This document shows, piece after piece, positions 40,961 to 51,700 of a stretch of DNA of 64,000 nt. Positions within the stretch are counted from its first letter, which is position 1. Every line of letters begins with the position of its first letter. The stretch lies in the NCBI GenBank assembly GCA_013287475.1, contig JABDDT010000007.1, forward strand, positions 6,110-70,109. The letters run 5' to 3'. The translations under genes and the position numbers were made by a program. This DNA comes from Bacteroidota bacterium (GTDB lineage: Bacteria > Bacteroidota > Bacteroidia > Chitinophagales > Chitinophagaceae). Below the pieces are notes generated by a model. It ran no database searches. It was not told where the DNA came from and was given only the letters and a program-made list of their open reading frames with translations.

Positions 40961-41078
40961 TAATTATTAATTATTGATTATTAATTATTAATGCTGAAGT
41001 GTAATATCTTGATGAAAATCAGATACATTCAAATTATTTAATTCAATTAATAATTGATATTTAATAATTAATAATTAA
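40961..41078. repeat. Inverted pair of TAATTAT heptamer arrays with a ~50-bp spacer
   Basis: Left taattat taattat tgattat taattat taatg; right aattaa taattga tatttaa taattaa taattaa. Confidence 0.85.
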
Positions 41079-41079
41079 A

Positions 41080-41850
41080 ATGAAGGGCTTCTCCAACAAG
41101 TTATACACACTCTACGCTCTCGTCTGGTTCGTTTTTTTTACATTGCTTGCATTTCCATTCGTCGTCGTTTTTTCTTTTTTCGGAAAACGCATGGGAGGTA
41201 ACCTCATATGCAGTATGGCAAAAATATGGGCGGACTGCTGGTATTTTCTACTGGGTATTCGCCATGAAAATATATTTGAATCACCCTATAACCCAAAGGG
41301 GAATTATATTTTCCTTATCAACCATATTTCCTATATGGATATTCCCTGTATCTTCAAATCAATTAGAAAACAACCATTTCGTGTGCTGGGGAAGGAAGAG
41401 ATAAAAAAGATACCCGTTTTTGGATTCATTTACAGCCGTGGTGCCGTGATGGTCGACAGGGGAAATACAGAACGCCGCGCCAGAAGTGTACGGATTTTGA
41501 AAAGCCTGCTTAAACACCATATATCTATTTGCATATTTCCCGAAGGAACTTTTAATGAAACAGGCAAACCACTCAAGTCATTTTACGATGGTGCTTTTCG
41601 GATTGCGGTGGAAACCCAGACTCCGGTAAGACCTATATTGTTTCTGGATAATTACAAAATTATGGATTATCATTCCCTGCTCAGTTTAAAAAACGCAAAA
41701 TCAAGGGCGATTTTCCTGGAAGAAATCAGTCCTGAGGGTTATAACTTGCGGCAGATCTCTCTTTACAAACAAAAAGTATACGACATCATGGAAAACAAAT
41801 TGAAAACCTATAAAGCGTCCTGGATCGTCCCGGCTGAAATAAACTTATAG
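41080..41850 (+). CDS. 1-acyl-sn-glycerol-3-phosphate acyltransferase (PlsC family)
   Basis: NHISYMD, VDR, IFPEGT. Confidence 0.9.
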   Translation: MKGFSNKLYTLYALVWFVFFTLLAFPFVVVFSFFGKRMGGNLICSMAKIWADCWYFLLGIRHENIFESPYNPKGNYIFLINHISYMDIPCIFKSIRKQPFRVLGKEEIKKIPVFGFIYSRGAVMVDRGNTERRARSVRILKSLLKHHISICIFPEGTFNETGKPLKSFYDGAFRIAVETQTPVRPILFLDNYKIMDYHSLLSLKNAKSRAIFLEEISPEGYNLRQISLYKQKVYDIMENKLKTYKASWIVPAEINL

Positions 41851-41892
41851 GTTCATCCGGATGTTTAATACCAGTAGACATTAAATAGAATA

Positions 41893-44340
41893 TTGTACGC
41901 TGAAATCATCATACCGCTGGCCCTCCCCAAAAATTACACCTGGCAGGTACCGGATCATTTGACGGAAGGACTTCTGCCCGGCTGCCGCGTGGAAGTTTCG
42001 CTCAAGAACAAAAAGTACGCTGGTATCATAAAGAAGTTCCTGAAAGAAAAACCGGAAAGCTTTGATCCAAGGCCCATTGAAAGTGTTTTGGATGCAGAAC
42101 CTCTGATTTATAAAGAACAGCTGGAACTATGGGAATGGATTGCACAATATTATATGTGTTCGGAAGGAGAAGTGATGGCTGCATCTCTGCCGGCGCATTT
42201 CAAACTGAGCAGTGAAAGCACCCTTGTTTTTAATGAAAGTTTTGGAGATGATTTTTCTTCCCTTGATCACGATGAATACCTGGTTGCTGAGGCGTTGCTA
42301 TTGAAGAAAGAATTAAAAATTCCTGAGGTACAGGAGATTCTCCATGGCGGTGCTACTTACCCGGTTGTGAAGAGGCTCATTGATAAATCGGTCTGTTATG
42401 TGTATGAATCATTGAAGGAATTATATAAACCTAAGACTGAAACTTATATTAGTCTGCATCCTGATTACGCCACTGATGAGAAAATGGAAGCGCTTCTGAA
42501 TGAAGATAAGGAATGGTCCAGGGCAGAAAAGCAGATGGAATTACTTCTTTCTTTTCTTCATCTGAAAAAAACGGAGCCTGAAGTTACACGACCGGCATTA
42601 TTGAAAAAGTCCGGCGCTTCTGATGCCCAGCTCAAAGCTTTAATATCAAAAAATATTCTTGTCGCGGAACAGCGTTCCGTAGACCGTCTCCGTGTATTAC
42701 CACGAAATATTCATATTTCTTTTGACTTGTCTGCAGCGCAGGAATTGGCTCTTGCTGATATCAAAAAACATTTCGAAGATAAAAATGTTTGTCTCCTGCA
42801 TGGATATACTTCCAGCGGAAAGACACAGGTTTATATTAAACTGATAGAACAACAGTTGCTGGAAAATAAACAGGTCTTGTACCTGGTACCGGAGATTGCG
42901 CTGACATCACAGATTGTACGGAGGCTTCAATCGCATTTTGGCGGATACCTTGGAATTTACCACAGCAGGTTCAGCCAGAACGAGCGATTTGAAATCTGGA
43001 ATAAGGTACGCAAAGGTGAAGTGAAGATATTACTTGGCGCCCGCTCGGCATTGTTTCTGCCGTTCACCAACCTCTCTCTGGTTATCGTGGATGAAGAACA
43101 CGACAGCTCATATAAACAACAGGATCCCGCACCCCGTTACCATGCCAGGGATACAGCTATTTACTATGCTTCTCTTTTCAATGCTAAAACCCTTCTGGGA
43201 AGTGCCACGCCTTCAGTTGAAAGTTATTATAATGCTGTTACTGGCAAATACGGGCTGGCGGAACTTTTGGAAAGATTCGGACAGGTAGCCATGCCCGTTA
43301 TACGCCTTATAGATATGAAGAAATTTTTCCAGAAAGACGGAACGAAAGTTATTTGTACGCCGGTTCTTCAGGAAGCAATTCAGGAAAGTCTCGATAAAAA
43401 GAAACAGGTTATTCTCTTTCGAAACCGGAGGGGATATTCTCCATACCAGGTATGTAAAATATGCGGGTGGATCCCACAGTGCAAAAACTGTGATGTCTCA
43501 CTGACTTTTCATAAGCTGACGAATAAACTTTTATGTCATTATTGCGGAACATCTTATCCCCCCGTGAATACCTGCGCAGCCTGTGGGAACCATGAATTTA
43601 TTCACCGGAATTTCGGTACTGAGAAAATAGAAGAAGAGCTCGAAACCCTTTTTCCAAATGCACATATTGCCCGGATGGATGTGGATAGTGTACGCGGGAA
43701 AACGGCACATGATATGCTCATTAAACAATTTGAACAAAAACGCGTGGATATCCTGGTGGGCACGCAAATGGTTGTTAAGGGTCTTGATTTTGATCATGTG
43801 GATCTGGTGGGTATTCTTGATGCAGACAGCCTCCTGAACTTTTCTGAATTCAGGGTGAATGAACGGGCATTTCAATTAATGGAACAGGTGAGCGGACGTG
43901 CAGGCAGGAAAGATGGGAAAGGGAAAGTATTGATCCAGGTAGCGAATACCAGACATCCTGTTTTACAGTGGGTTATTGACCATGATTTTAAAGCATTTTA
44001 CCAACAGGAGGCTGCGGCCCGGCAGCAGTTTTCTTATCCGCCATTTTCAAGGATCATCCGAATTAGTTTTCGTCATAAGTTCCAGGAAATTGTTCATGAT
44101 GCCGCATCAGTTTTTGCTTTGCACCTGCACAAAGATTTTGGTAATTATTTAACCGGCCCGGGGGAACCTGTTATTGCCAGGATCAGGAATCAATATATCA
44201 TGGAACTCATGTTAAAACTGCCAAAAAATGGTAGTACAATTGCATATGCGAAACAGGTGATCCATCAACAGAAAGCAATTTTGCAGAATGACCGGAAGTT
44301 CAGATCCGTTGTGGTGGTACCTGATATCGATCCGGTTTAA
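41893..44340 (+). CDS. priA: Primosomal protein N' (replication restart helicase)
   Basis: GYTSSGKT, VPEIALT, DEEHD, Cys clusters, GTQMVVKGLDF, QVSGRAGR. Confidence 0.97.
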   Translation: MYAEIIIPLALPKNYTWQVPDHLTEGLLPGCRVEVSLKNKKYAGIIKKFLKEKPESFDPRPIESVLDAEPLIYKEQLELWEWIAQYYMCSEGEVMAASLPAHFKLSSESTLVFNESFGDDFSSLDHDEYLVAEALLLKKELKIPEVQEILHGGATYPVVKRLIDKSVCYVYESLKELYKPKTETYISLHPDYATDEKMEALLNEDKEWSRAEKQMELLLSFLHLKKTEPEVTRPALLKKSGASDAQLKALISKNILVAEQRSVDRLRVLPRNIHISFDLSAAQELALADIKKHFEDKNVCLLHGYTSSGKTQVYIKLIEQQLLENKQVLYLVPEIALTSQIVRRLQSHFGGYLGIYHSRFSQNERFEIWNKVRKGEVKILLGARSALFLPFTNLSLVIVDEEHDSSYKQQDPAPRYHARDTAIYYASLFNAKTLLGSATPSVESYYNAVTGKYGLAELLERFGQVAMPVIRLIDMKKFFQKDGTKVICTPVLQEAIQESLDKKKQVILFRNRRGYSPYQVCKICGWIPQCKNCDVSLTFHKLTNKLLCHYCGTSYPPVNTCAACGNHEFIHRNFGTEKIEEELETLFPNAHIARMDVDSVRGKTAHDMLIKQFEQKRVDILVGTQMVVKGLDFDHVDLVGILDADSLLNFSEFRVNERAFQLMEQVSGRAGRKDGKGKVLIQVANTRHPVLQWVIDHDFKAFYQQEAAARQQFSYPPFSRIIRISFRHKFQEIVHDAASVFALHLHKDFGNYLTGPGEPVIARIRNQYIMELMLKLPKNGSTIAYAKQVIHQQKAILQNDRKFRSVVVVPDIDPV

Positions 44341-44355
44341 TTTTCAATTTTGATT

Positions 44356-45366
44356 ATGACTATACAAAAAAATATTTCTCTCTTACCTTATAATACTTTT
44401 CATATTGATGTGAATGCTTCATCGTTCATATCTGTAAAATCTGCAGATGAACTGGATAATATTTTAACCTCTCAGGGAAAAGAGCCCGTGCTTATTCTTG
44501 GAGGAGGCAGCAATGTTTTGTTAACAAAAAACGTTGAGAGTCTTGTTCTAAAAATTGATTTGATTGGAATTGATGAAGTAAAAGAAGAGGCTTCCCATAT
44601 TTATGTCAGGGCAGGGGCAGGAGAGATATGGCATGAATTTGTGCAGTACACCATGAAAAGGAACTGGGGCGGACTTGAAAATCTTTCCCTGATACCGGGA
44701 AATGTAGGTGCAGCTCCTATTCAAAATATTGGAGCTTATGGTGTAGAGCTCAAGGATGTCTTTTTTGAGCTGGAAGCATACGACAGGAAAGAGAAAAAAG
44801 TATATGCATTTGGGGTTAACGATTGCAAATTCGGATACCGGGACAGCATCTTTAAATCTGCTGAGAAGGGACGTTATATTATTTTAAATGTCACTTTTCT
44901 TTTAAGCAAAGTACCCGTTTTAAAAACAAGCTATGGTGCCATTCGCGAAGAATTAAAAAAAATGGGTGTTCAATCACCTACTATTCAGGATATATCCAGG
45001 GCAGTAATAAAAATTCGCAGATCTAAACTTCCTGATCCGGCAGAAATTGGTAATGCCGGCAGCTTTTTCAAAAACCCTGTGGTAGATCATACTTTATTTC
45101 TTTCACTTTCAAAAAAATACCCGGATATACCAGCTTATCCCCATGAAGATAAATCCGTCAAGCTGGCCGCGGGCTGGCTGATAGAGCAATGCGGATGGAA
45201 AGGTTATCGCAAGGGAGATGCCGGGGTTCATGCCAACCAGGCTCTGGTGCTGGTGAATTATGGTAAAGCCAGCGGGTTAGAGATCCTTCAACTAAGTGAG
45301 AAAATTGCGCAATCAGTTCATAAGAAATTTGGGGTTTATCTGGAGAGGGAAGTGAACGTCATTTAA
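44356..45366 (+). CDS. murB: UDP-N-acetylmuramate dehydrogenase
   Basis: LGGGSNVL, IPGNVGAAPIQNIGAYG, FGYRDSIFK, GNAGSFFKNP. Confidence 0.97.
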   Translation: MTIQKNISLLPYNTFHIDVNASSFISVKSADELDNILTSQGKEPVLILGGGSNVLLTKNVESLVLKIDLIGIDEVKEEASHIYVRAGAGEIWHEFVQYTMKRNWGGLENLSLIPGNVGAAPIQNIGAYGVELKDVFFELEAYDRKEKKVYAFGVNDCKFGYRDSIFKSAEKGRYIILNVTFLLSKVPVLKTSYGAIREELKKMGVQSPTIQDISRAVIKIRRSKLPDPAEIGNAGSFFKNPVVDHTLFLSLSKKYPDIPAYPHEDKSVKLAAGWLIEQCGWKGYRKGDAGVHANQALVLVNYGKASGLEILQLSEKIAQSVHKKFGVYLEREVNVI

Positions 45367-45396
45367 TTATTAATTATTACTTATTAATTATTAATG
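45364..45396. repeat. Left TAATTAT heptamer arm of the four-helix cassette
   Basis: taattat taattat tacttat taattat taatg; begins with the murB stop codon. Confidence 0.88.
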
Positions 45397-45397
45397 T

Positions 45398-45778
45398 GTG
45401 AAAGAAAATATTATCAAAATAAAAAGCTTTGCTTTTGCTGTTCGCATTGTTAAACTCTATAAGTTTTTATGTTCTGATAAACGAGAATTCGTGATATCTA
45501 AACAACTTTTGCGAAGTGGTACAAGTGTAGGTGCGGTAATTCGTGAAGCTGAATTTGCTGAATCCAAATTGGACTTCAAACATAAATTACATATTGTTCA
45601 AAAAGAAATAAACGAAACTATTTATTGGTTAGAGTTATTAAGGGCAACCAATTATTTAGTAATAGAACAATTTGAAAGTATAAACAACGATGCCGTAGAA
45701 ATAATAAAATTAGTTACAAGTATTTTAAAAACTACCAAGTCTAATTTAATTAGTAAAAATAATGGAATTAATAATTGA
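45398..45778 (+). CDS. Four helix bundle protein (23S rRNA intervening-sequence protein / Avd-like family)
   Basis: KSFAFAVRIVKL..SKQLLRSGTSVGA..REA..AESKLDF.HKL...KE..ET.YWLELL family pattern. Confidence 0.92.
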   Translation: MKENIIKIKSFAFAVRIVKLYKFLCSDKREFVISKQLLRSGTSVGAVIREAEFAESKLDFKHKLHIVQKEINETIYWLELLRATNYLVIEQFESINNDAVEIIKLVTSILKTTKSNLISKNNGINN

Positions 45779-45798
45779 TAATTAATAATTAATAATTA
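45766..45798. repeat. Right (inverted) heptamer arm of the four-helix cassette
   Basis: aattaa taattga taattaa taattaa taatta; contains the stop codons of both convergent genes. Confidence 0.88.
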
Positions 45799-47304
45799 CC
45801 CAAAGTCTTCCTCTTCCGTCCCATACCCTGCATCGGGTGTCATGTTCATCATCGACCCTATCAGGTCTTTGAATTCAATTTTTCCTTCCACGACTTTTTT
45901 ACTGATCATACTGTATGCTGAAAGTCCGTGCAACACAAACTCCATAAGCAGCGCCATTTCCTTTTCATTTGCACTACGGAAATGTTTTTTTACGAAAGCA
46001 TGGAGACCATCCACTTTATAAAGCATCCTTACTTTATCATCGTCCTTTGAATTGAAAAATAATTCCAGGTGATTCCCTTTGTCGAACCAGCCTGTGACAG
46101 GCTTATATGGATTTTCTTCGCCGCCCTTCCTCTTTTTAAATAATTCAGGATTTGGGAAATAATTTATGAATTGGGAACGGAAAGCTTTATCCAGCAAATT
46201 AAAAGCCACCTGATAAGGGCCTTCCTGTTCTCCCTCATATACAAGCTCTATTTTTCCTGTAATGGACGGAATAATTCCGACAAGGTCACTCATCCAAACC
46301 TGAGTTTCTTTTTCATTATTGAGTAATGACCTCCTTTCTGCGGCACTCACTGCATTTTCAAAAGCAGCAATGGTGAGCCGCGCAGATACACCACTTTTCT
46401 TGTCCACAAATTCACTGGTACGGGCTTCAAATGCCACCTGCTCAATTATTCTTTTAATCATATCGCTGATCTTCACCCTGACCTTTTGATCTTCTGTAAT
46501 TTCAGCCTCCTGTTCAGTTATCAGTAGTGCATGTTCAATATTTTTCGGATAATGCGTCAGGATCTGGCTTTCGATACGGTCTTTCAGTGGCGTAACGATG
46601 GATCCGCGGTTAGTATAATCTTCGGGGTTAGCTGTAAAAACAAATAATATATCCAGGGGCATGCGAAGTTTGAATCCACGAATCTGGATATCGCCTTCTT
46701 CCAGGATATTAAAAAGGGAAACCTGGATACGGGCCTGAAGATCGGGGATCTCATTGATAACAAAAATACCGCGGTTACTTTTTGGAATGATGCCAAAATG
46801 AATAACTTCCTCATCGGCAAAATTCAATCGCATATTCGCAGCCTTAATAGGATCTATATCGCCAATCAGATCCGCTACACTTACATCGGGTGTTGCAAGC
46901 TTTTCACTATAACGGTCGCTGCGGTGTAACCAGGAAATAGGCGTATCATCTCCTTTCTGACGGATCAGTTCCCTTGAGAATTTTGAGATCGGGGCGGAGG
47001 GATCATCATTGATTTCACTTCCTGCAACAAAGGGAATATATTCATCCAGGAGATTGGTCATCAGACGTGCCATGCGTGTTTTGGCCTGTCCGCGCAATCC
47101 AAGAAAAAGAATATTATGTCTCGAAAGAAGTGCCCTCTCGGTATCAGGAATTACACTGTCCTCATAACCAACAATACCAGGAAAACTGTTTTCCTTTTTA
47201 TGCAATTTTTTTAAGAGATTCTCCCTGACTTCTTCTTTAACCGAACGGTGTTTATAACCAGACTTCTTCAGATCACCCAGTGTTTTTATTTTTTCAATGT
47301 TCAT
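45796..47304 (-). CDS. AAA+ ATPase (magnesium chelatase ChlI/MoxR-like)
   Basis: GLRGQAKT, LIGDIDP, FVINEIPDL, TANPEDYTNRG, LKDR. Confidence 0.85.
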   Translation of the reverse strand: MNIEKIKTLGDLKKSGYKHRSVKEEVRENLLKKLHKKENSFPGIVGYEDSVIPDTERALLSRHNILFLGLRGQAKTRMARLMTNLLDEYIPFVAGSEINDDPSAPISKFSRELIRQKGDDTPISWLHRSDRYSEKLATPDVSVADLIGDIDPIKAANMRLNFADEEVIHFGIIPKSNRGIFVINEIPDLQARIQVSLFNILEEGDIQIRGFKLRMPLDILFVFTANPEDYTNRGSIVTPLKDRIESQILTHYPKNIEHALLITEQEAEITEDQKVRVKISDMIKRIIEQVAFEARTSEFVDKKSGVSARLTIAAFENAVSAAERRSLLNNEKETQVWMSDLVGIIPSITGKIELVYEGEQEGPYQVAFNLLDKAFRSQFINYFPNPELFKKRKGGEENPYKPVTGWFDKGNHLELFFNSKDDDKVRMLYKVDGLHAFVKKHFRSANEKEMALLMEFVLHGLSAYSMISKKVVEGKIEFKDLIGSMMNMTPDAGYGTEEEDFG

Positions 47305-47340
47305 TTTAATACTTTATTGCGCTGCCAGAATTAATTAATC

Positions 47341-47404
47341 GTAAATGGTTAATGGCTGATCGTATTTCGTAAGTCGGTCAACGGTTAACTGTCAACGGTC
47401 ATCG
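47341..47404. repeat. Degenerate GTCAACG-type heptamer arrays
   Basis: gtaaatg gttaatg ... gtcaacg gttaact gtcaacg gtcatcg. Confidence 0.65.
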
Positions 47405-47408
47405 GTTT

Positions 47409-48506
47409 TCAATATACCGTTTTTCTTTTTCCGTTTTCAAAATCCCGGAAAATGAATGCGCCAAGATGATCCAGTGAAGCAAAGAAGGCTTTCCCGTTGT
47501 TGGTTTCAGTGAATTCATTTACGAATCGTTGTAAATAGGGATCACTGGCAATCATAAAGGTTGTAATGGGAATTTTCAGCTTTTTGCATTGCGCCGCCAG
47601 GTTAAGGCATCGGGCTGTAATTTTCCTGTCGAGACCGAAACTGTTTTTATAATAGCGTTTACCGGATTTGAGACAGGTTGGTTTTCCATCGGTGATCATA
47701 AAGATCTGCTTATTCGGATTCCTTCTTCTTCTTAAAATATCCATGGCCAGTTCAAGTCCGGCGACTGTATTTGTATGATAAGGTCCTACCTGCAGATAGG
47801 GCAGGTCTTTGATTTCAACGGTCCACGCATCATTCCCAAATACTACTATATCCAGTGTATCCTTCGGATATTTTGTGGTGATCAGTTCACTGAGTGCCAT
47901 GGCAACCTTTTTTGCCGGAGTGATCCTGTCTTCGCCATAAAGTATCATGGAATGAGAGATGTCGATCATCAGTACGGTGGAAGTCTGTGTTTTATAATCC
48001 GTTTCCCTGATTTTAAGATCATCCTCCTGCATGTGAAATGCTTCTATTCCATGATTTATCTGGGCATTGCGGATAGATTCCGTAAAATCAATATGTTCGA
48101 GCTGATCTCCAAACTGAAAAGGTCTCATTTCAGGATTGATCTCATCTCCTCCTCCAGGTTTGAAGCTGTTGTGATCGCCCGCCTTAGTCTTTTTTAATTT
48201 ACCGAAGATTTCTTCGAGGGATCGTTTGCGAATTCCCTGTTCGGTTTTTGGACTGATGGTTATAGAGCCGGTTTGTTTATTTTCATCGATATAACCTTTG
48301 TCTTTCAGATCTTCAATAAAATCTCCCATGCCATAATCGCCTTCGGTGAGTTTATATTCCTTATCCAGCTGGTTCATCCATTGAAGGGCCTCTCCAACAT
48401 CACCGTTGGTATAGGTAAGTAATTGCATGAAGACGTCCAGCAACTGGTCGAACTTCGGCTTGCCATCTTTCTTCGGGTCATATTTTCCAAATTGAAAACC
48501 GATCAT
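47409..48506 (-). CDS. VWA domain protein
   Basis: MIDAS motif DISHSM, TNT, MITDG; paired with the AAA+ gene. Confidence 0.88.
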   Translation of the reverse strand: MIGFQFGKYDPKKDGKPKFDQLLDVFMQLLTYTNGDVGEALQWMNQLDKEYKLTEGDYGMGDFIEDLKDKGYIDENKQTGSITISPKTEQGIRKRSLEEIFGKLKKTKAGDHNSFKPGGGDEINPEMRPFQFGDQLEHIDFTESIRNAQINHGIEAFHMQEDDLKIRETDYKTQTSTVLMIDISHSMILYGEDRITPAKKVAMALSELITTKYPKDTLDIVVFGNDAWTVEIKDLPYLQVGPYHTNTVAGLELAMDILRRRRNPNKQIFMITDGKPTCLKSGKRYYKNSFGLDRKITARCLNLAAQCKKLKIPITTFMIASDPYLQRFVNEFTETNNGKAFFASLDHLGAFIFRDFENGKRKTVY

Positions 48507-48530
48507 TTTATCAAGTTAGCACTTTTTAGG

Positions 48531-48670
48531 CTTAAAGCGTAAGGCGTAAAGCAGAAGGCTATTTTTAGGCTTAAAGCCTAAAGCTCAAAGCTTAAAGCAA
48601 TTTTTTAGTTTATTATTATTTTCAAACGTATTAAAACGTTAACCACTAACCATTAACAATTAACAATTAA
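48531..48670. repeat. CTTAAAG-type and TTAACMA-type heptamer arrays
   Basis: cttaaag cgtaagg cgtaaag cagaagg ... cttaaag cctaaag ctcaaag cttaaag; then ttaacca ctaacca ttaacaa ttaacaa. Confidence 0.8.
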
Positions 48671-48697
48671 AAAAGATCGATTCCATCGAAATATTAA

Positions 48698-48723
48698 GCC
48701 CCCTGTTTGAAAAATCAGGGGGC
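48698..48723 (-). terminator. Rho-independent terminator of the DUF2723 gene
   Basis: gccccctg-N10-cagggggc, a perfect 8-bp GC-rich stem 22 nt after the stop. Confidence 0.65.
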
Positions 48724-48745
48724 CATTATATAATAAAGAATCTTA

Positions 48746-51700
48746 TTATTTCAGTTTATTATCGACAGGAGGCTTAGCTGAATATTGCTTATCCATCTGA
48801 TCTATCTGCATAAGCATCCGGTAAGTAGTAAAAATATCCTGGGTAAATTGCTGTTGCCTGTCAGAAAGCGTTCCTCCCTTACCCTGTAACATCATGTAGG
48901 CATTGGTCGCAAGCTGGTCGTCGCTGGTTTCATCACCAAGACTTTTATAATATCGCATCTGCTGTTGCAGATCTTTCTTCAAAGAAGCCTCAACTTTTTT
49001 CGCGAGCGTCAGGTCCCCGGCAACGTAACAGGCCTGCAGGAAATCTGTCGAAATCGCATCCTGCTGATTTCCCCGGTTGGATGTCATGCCATAAGGGAAA
49101 TTTGGTTCATACACATTTTTATCAAAATGTTCCAGCACATTCCGCGCTGAATCTTTTTTGCCGGCATCCACCAGACTGAAAGCAACCTGTGAGTGAGCCA
49201 TACGGATACTATTCAGGTGACGACGGTTTTCTTCATCATAATAAACACCCGGTGTAATGGCATTACCATAAGCGAATTTATTCATGATCGTATTATAGGC
49301 TGCATCATTATCAACGCTGCCTTTATCAAAGGGAACCAGCTGATAGGAAAGGCCCCTGAGCCGCACATATTTATCCAGTCCAAGATCTTTTAGTTCCTGG
49401 GTGGAAGTAAAACAGATCGGGCGTTTCCAGTGATTGGCAGCAATGATGGCATAAATCGCCAGATCATTTTTTAATAAATAAGAACGATTGATGTCTATTT
49501 TGAGCTCGCTTAAAACACTATCTCCTTCATGAACAAGACCTGCGGCTTTTACTGCTTCCAGATCCACCGGCACGCTAAACTTTTTTACCGGCATCAGGTT
49601 GAATACATCATCGTCCTGTTGCTGTGTATATTTCGGATCATCACTACCCACCACATTTTTCAGAATATCGTACAGGTCATAGTATTTTTTCTGATCAAAA
49701 CCCGGAAGAGGTGCCACGTAAGCAACATCCCTTTTGGTTCCCTGTATTTGTTCTTTCGTAAAAATGATATCGAACGGAGGACTTTGATTCACTTTATAAC
49801 GTAATTCATTCATATACCAATCTGTTCCCAGAAGGCTGTTCACCACTACACGTACATCCGGACGTATGCCTTCAACTTCCTGTGCATACCATAATGGATA
49901 AGTGTCGTTATCACCGAATGAAAAAAGCATAGCATTCGGCGGACAACTTTCCAGGTAGTCTTTTGCCAGATCGCGAGCAAGGGTCTTTTTACTTCTATCA
50001 TGGTCATCCCATTCCTGGTTTCCCATTATTACAGGAACTGCCAGCAGACAGAGACCTGCAGAAACATAATTTGCCATGGGCGCTTGCATGAATTTCTCAA
50101 ACATCTCCTTCACCCAGATTACTCCCAGTCCGACCCAGATCGCAAAGGCATAAAAAGAACCGACATATGCATAATCTCTTTCCCGTGGTTGCTGGCCTGC
50201 CTGATTAAGGTAAATTACGATGGCCATTCCGGTAAAGAAAAATAGCAGTCCGTTGATGATAAAATCTTTCCTGTTGCGGTTGTATTGAAAGAAAAGTCCG
50301 ATCATGCCCAGTATAAAGGGCAGTGCATACATGCGGTTGTAGGATTTATTTTTAGTATGAATACTGTCGGGCATTTTACTTTGATCACCGTAGAAATAAT
50401 TATCTATAAATGGAATCCCTGTTATGGCATTGCCATCCCTGATATTACCAAATCCTTCCAGGTCATTTTGTTTACCAGAAAAATTCCAGAAGAAATACCG
50501 CAGATACATCCAGTAAGTCTGGTAAGTAATAAAATACCGGATATTATTTCCCATGGTAGGCTGATCGCCTTCGGCTACATTTCCGAATTGTTTATAAACT
50601 TCGACCTGACCGCGGTCATTACTATTATCCCACATACGCGGAAAGAAATGCGATGATGGAGTATTATTCCAATCCTGTGCAACTGATTTACCTGCCAGCT
50701 CATATTTATCTTTCCCCTTCACATATTGATCACTGCCTTCAGAACGTCCCGGGCGATCCGTAAAATCCGGCCCATATACTATGGGCCAGTCACCATACTG
50801 ATCACGACTCAGATATCCCACCAGGGTTACCGGATTATCCACGTTAAACATATCCACAGCGGGATCTGCGTTGGAGCGGATCATCGTTGTGAAATAAGTC
50901 GAATATCCCAGCAGCATAAATGAAATGGACCAAATACCGATTTTAAGCAGGTAATATTTTTTTCTGATGGCATAACGAAGTGCGTAAACGAGAATGGCTG
51001 CCAGGGCTATAAAGAAAAACGCAAATCCGGTAAAGAAAGGAAGGTTCAGGCTGTTTACAAAGAGGATATCGAACCAGGCCGCTCCTTTGATAGTATATTG
51101 AATCACGAATTTCTGGACCAGGCCGGTGATGACGCAACCAATGAAAAACGCAAATACAGATCCCCAGGCAGTTGTTTTATATCTCTTATAATAATATACC
51201 ATTACAATGGCTGGAATTGTAAGCAGGTTCAACAGGTGGACACCGATGGAAAGTCCCATCATATAGAAAATAAAAATGAGCCATCTGTCAGCTACCGGAT
51301 CTTCTGCAACATCTTCCCATTTCAAAATCGCCCAAAAAACGAGGGCTGTAAAGAAAGAAGAAGAACCATATACTTCGCCTTCAACTGCACTGTACCAGAA
51401 GGAATCGCAGAAAGTATAGCAAAGAGCGCCCACGGTGCCGGCAGCCATAATGGTGAAAATTTGCTGGGAATTGAGTGCCAGGCCTTTGGGTTGAATTATT
51501 TTACGAGCGAAATGAGTGATGGACCAGAAAAGAAAAAGTATAGTGAATCCGCTCAGGATGGCACTCATAAAATTGACTGCCCTTGCAGCGGTATGTGGAC
51601 TATCTCCAAAAAGTATAATGAAAAACCTGCCCATCATCACGAAAAGCGGTGCTCCGGGCGGATGAGGGATTTGTAATTTGTAGGCACTGGAAACGAATTC

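Noticed and set aside
45398-45778. Diversity-generating retroelement or 23S rRNA intervening sequence
   Set aside because: No reverse transcriptase, TR/VR pair or rRNA sequence is visible in the window; only the protein family is shared.
48965-51676. Series of plus-strand ORFs
   Set aside because: Antisense shadows of the DUF2723 gene.
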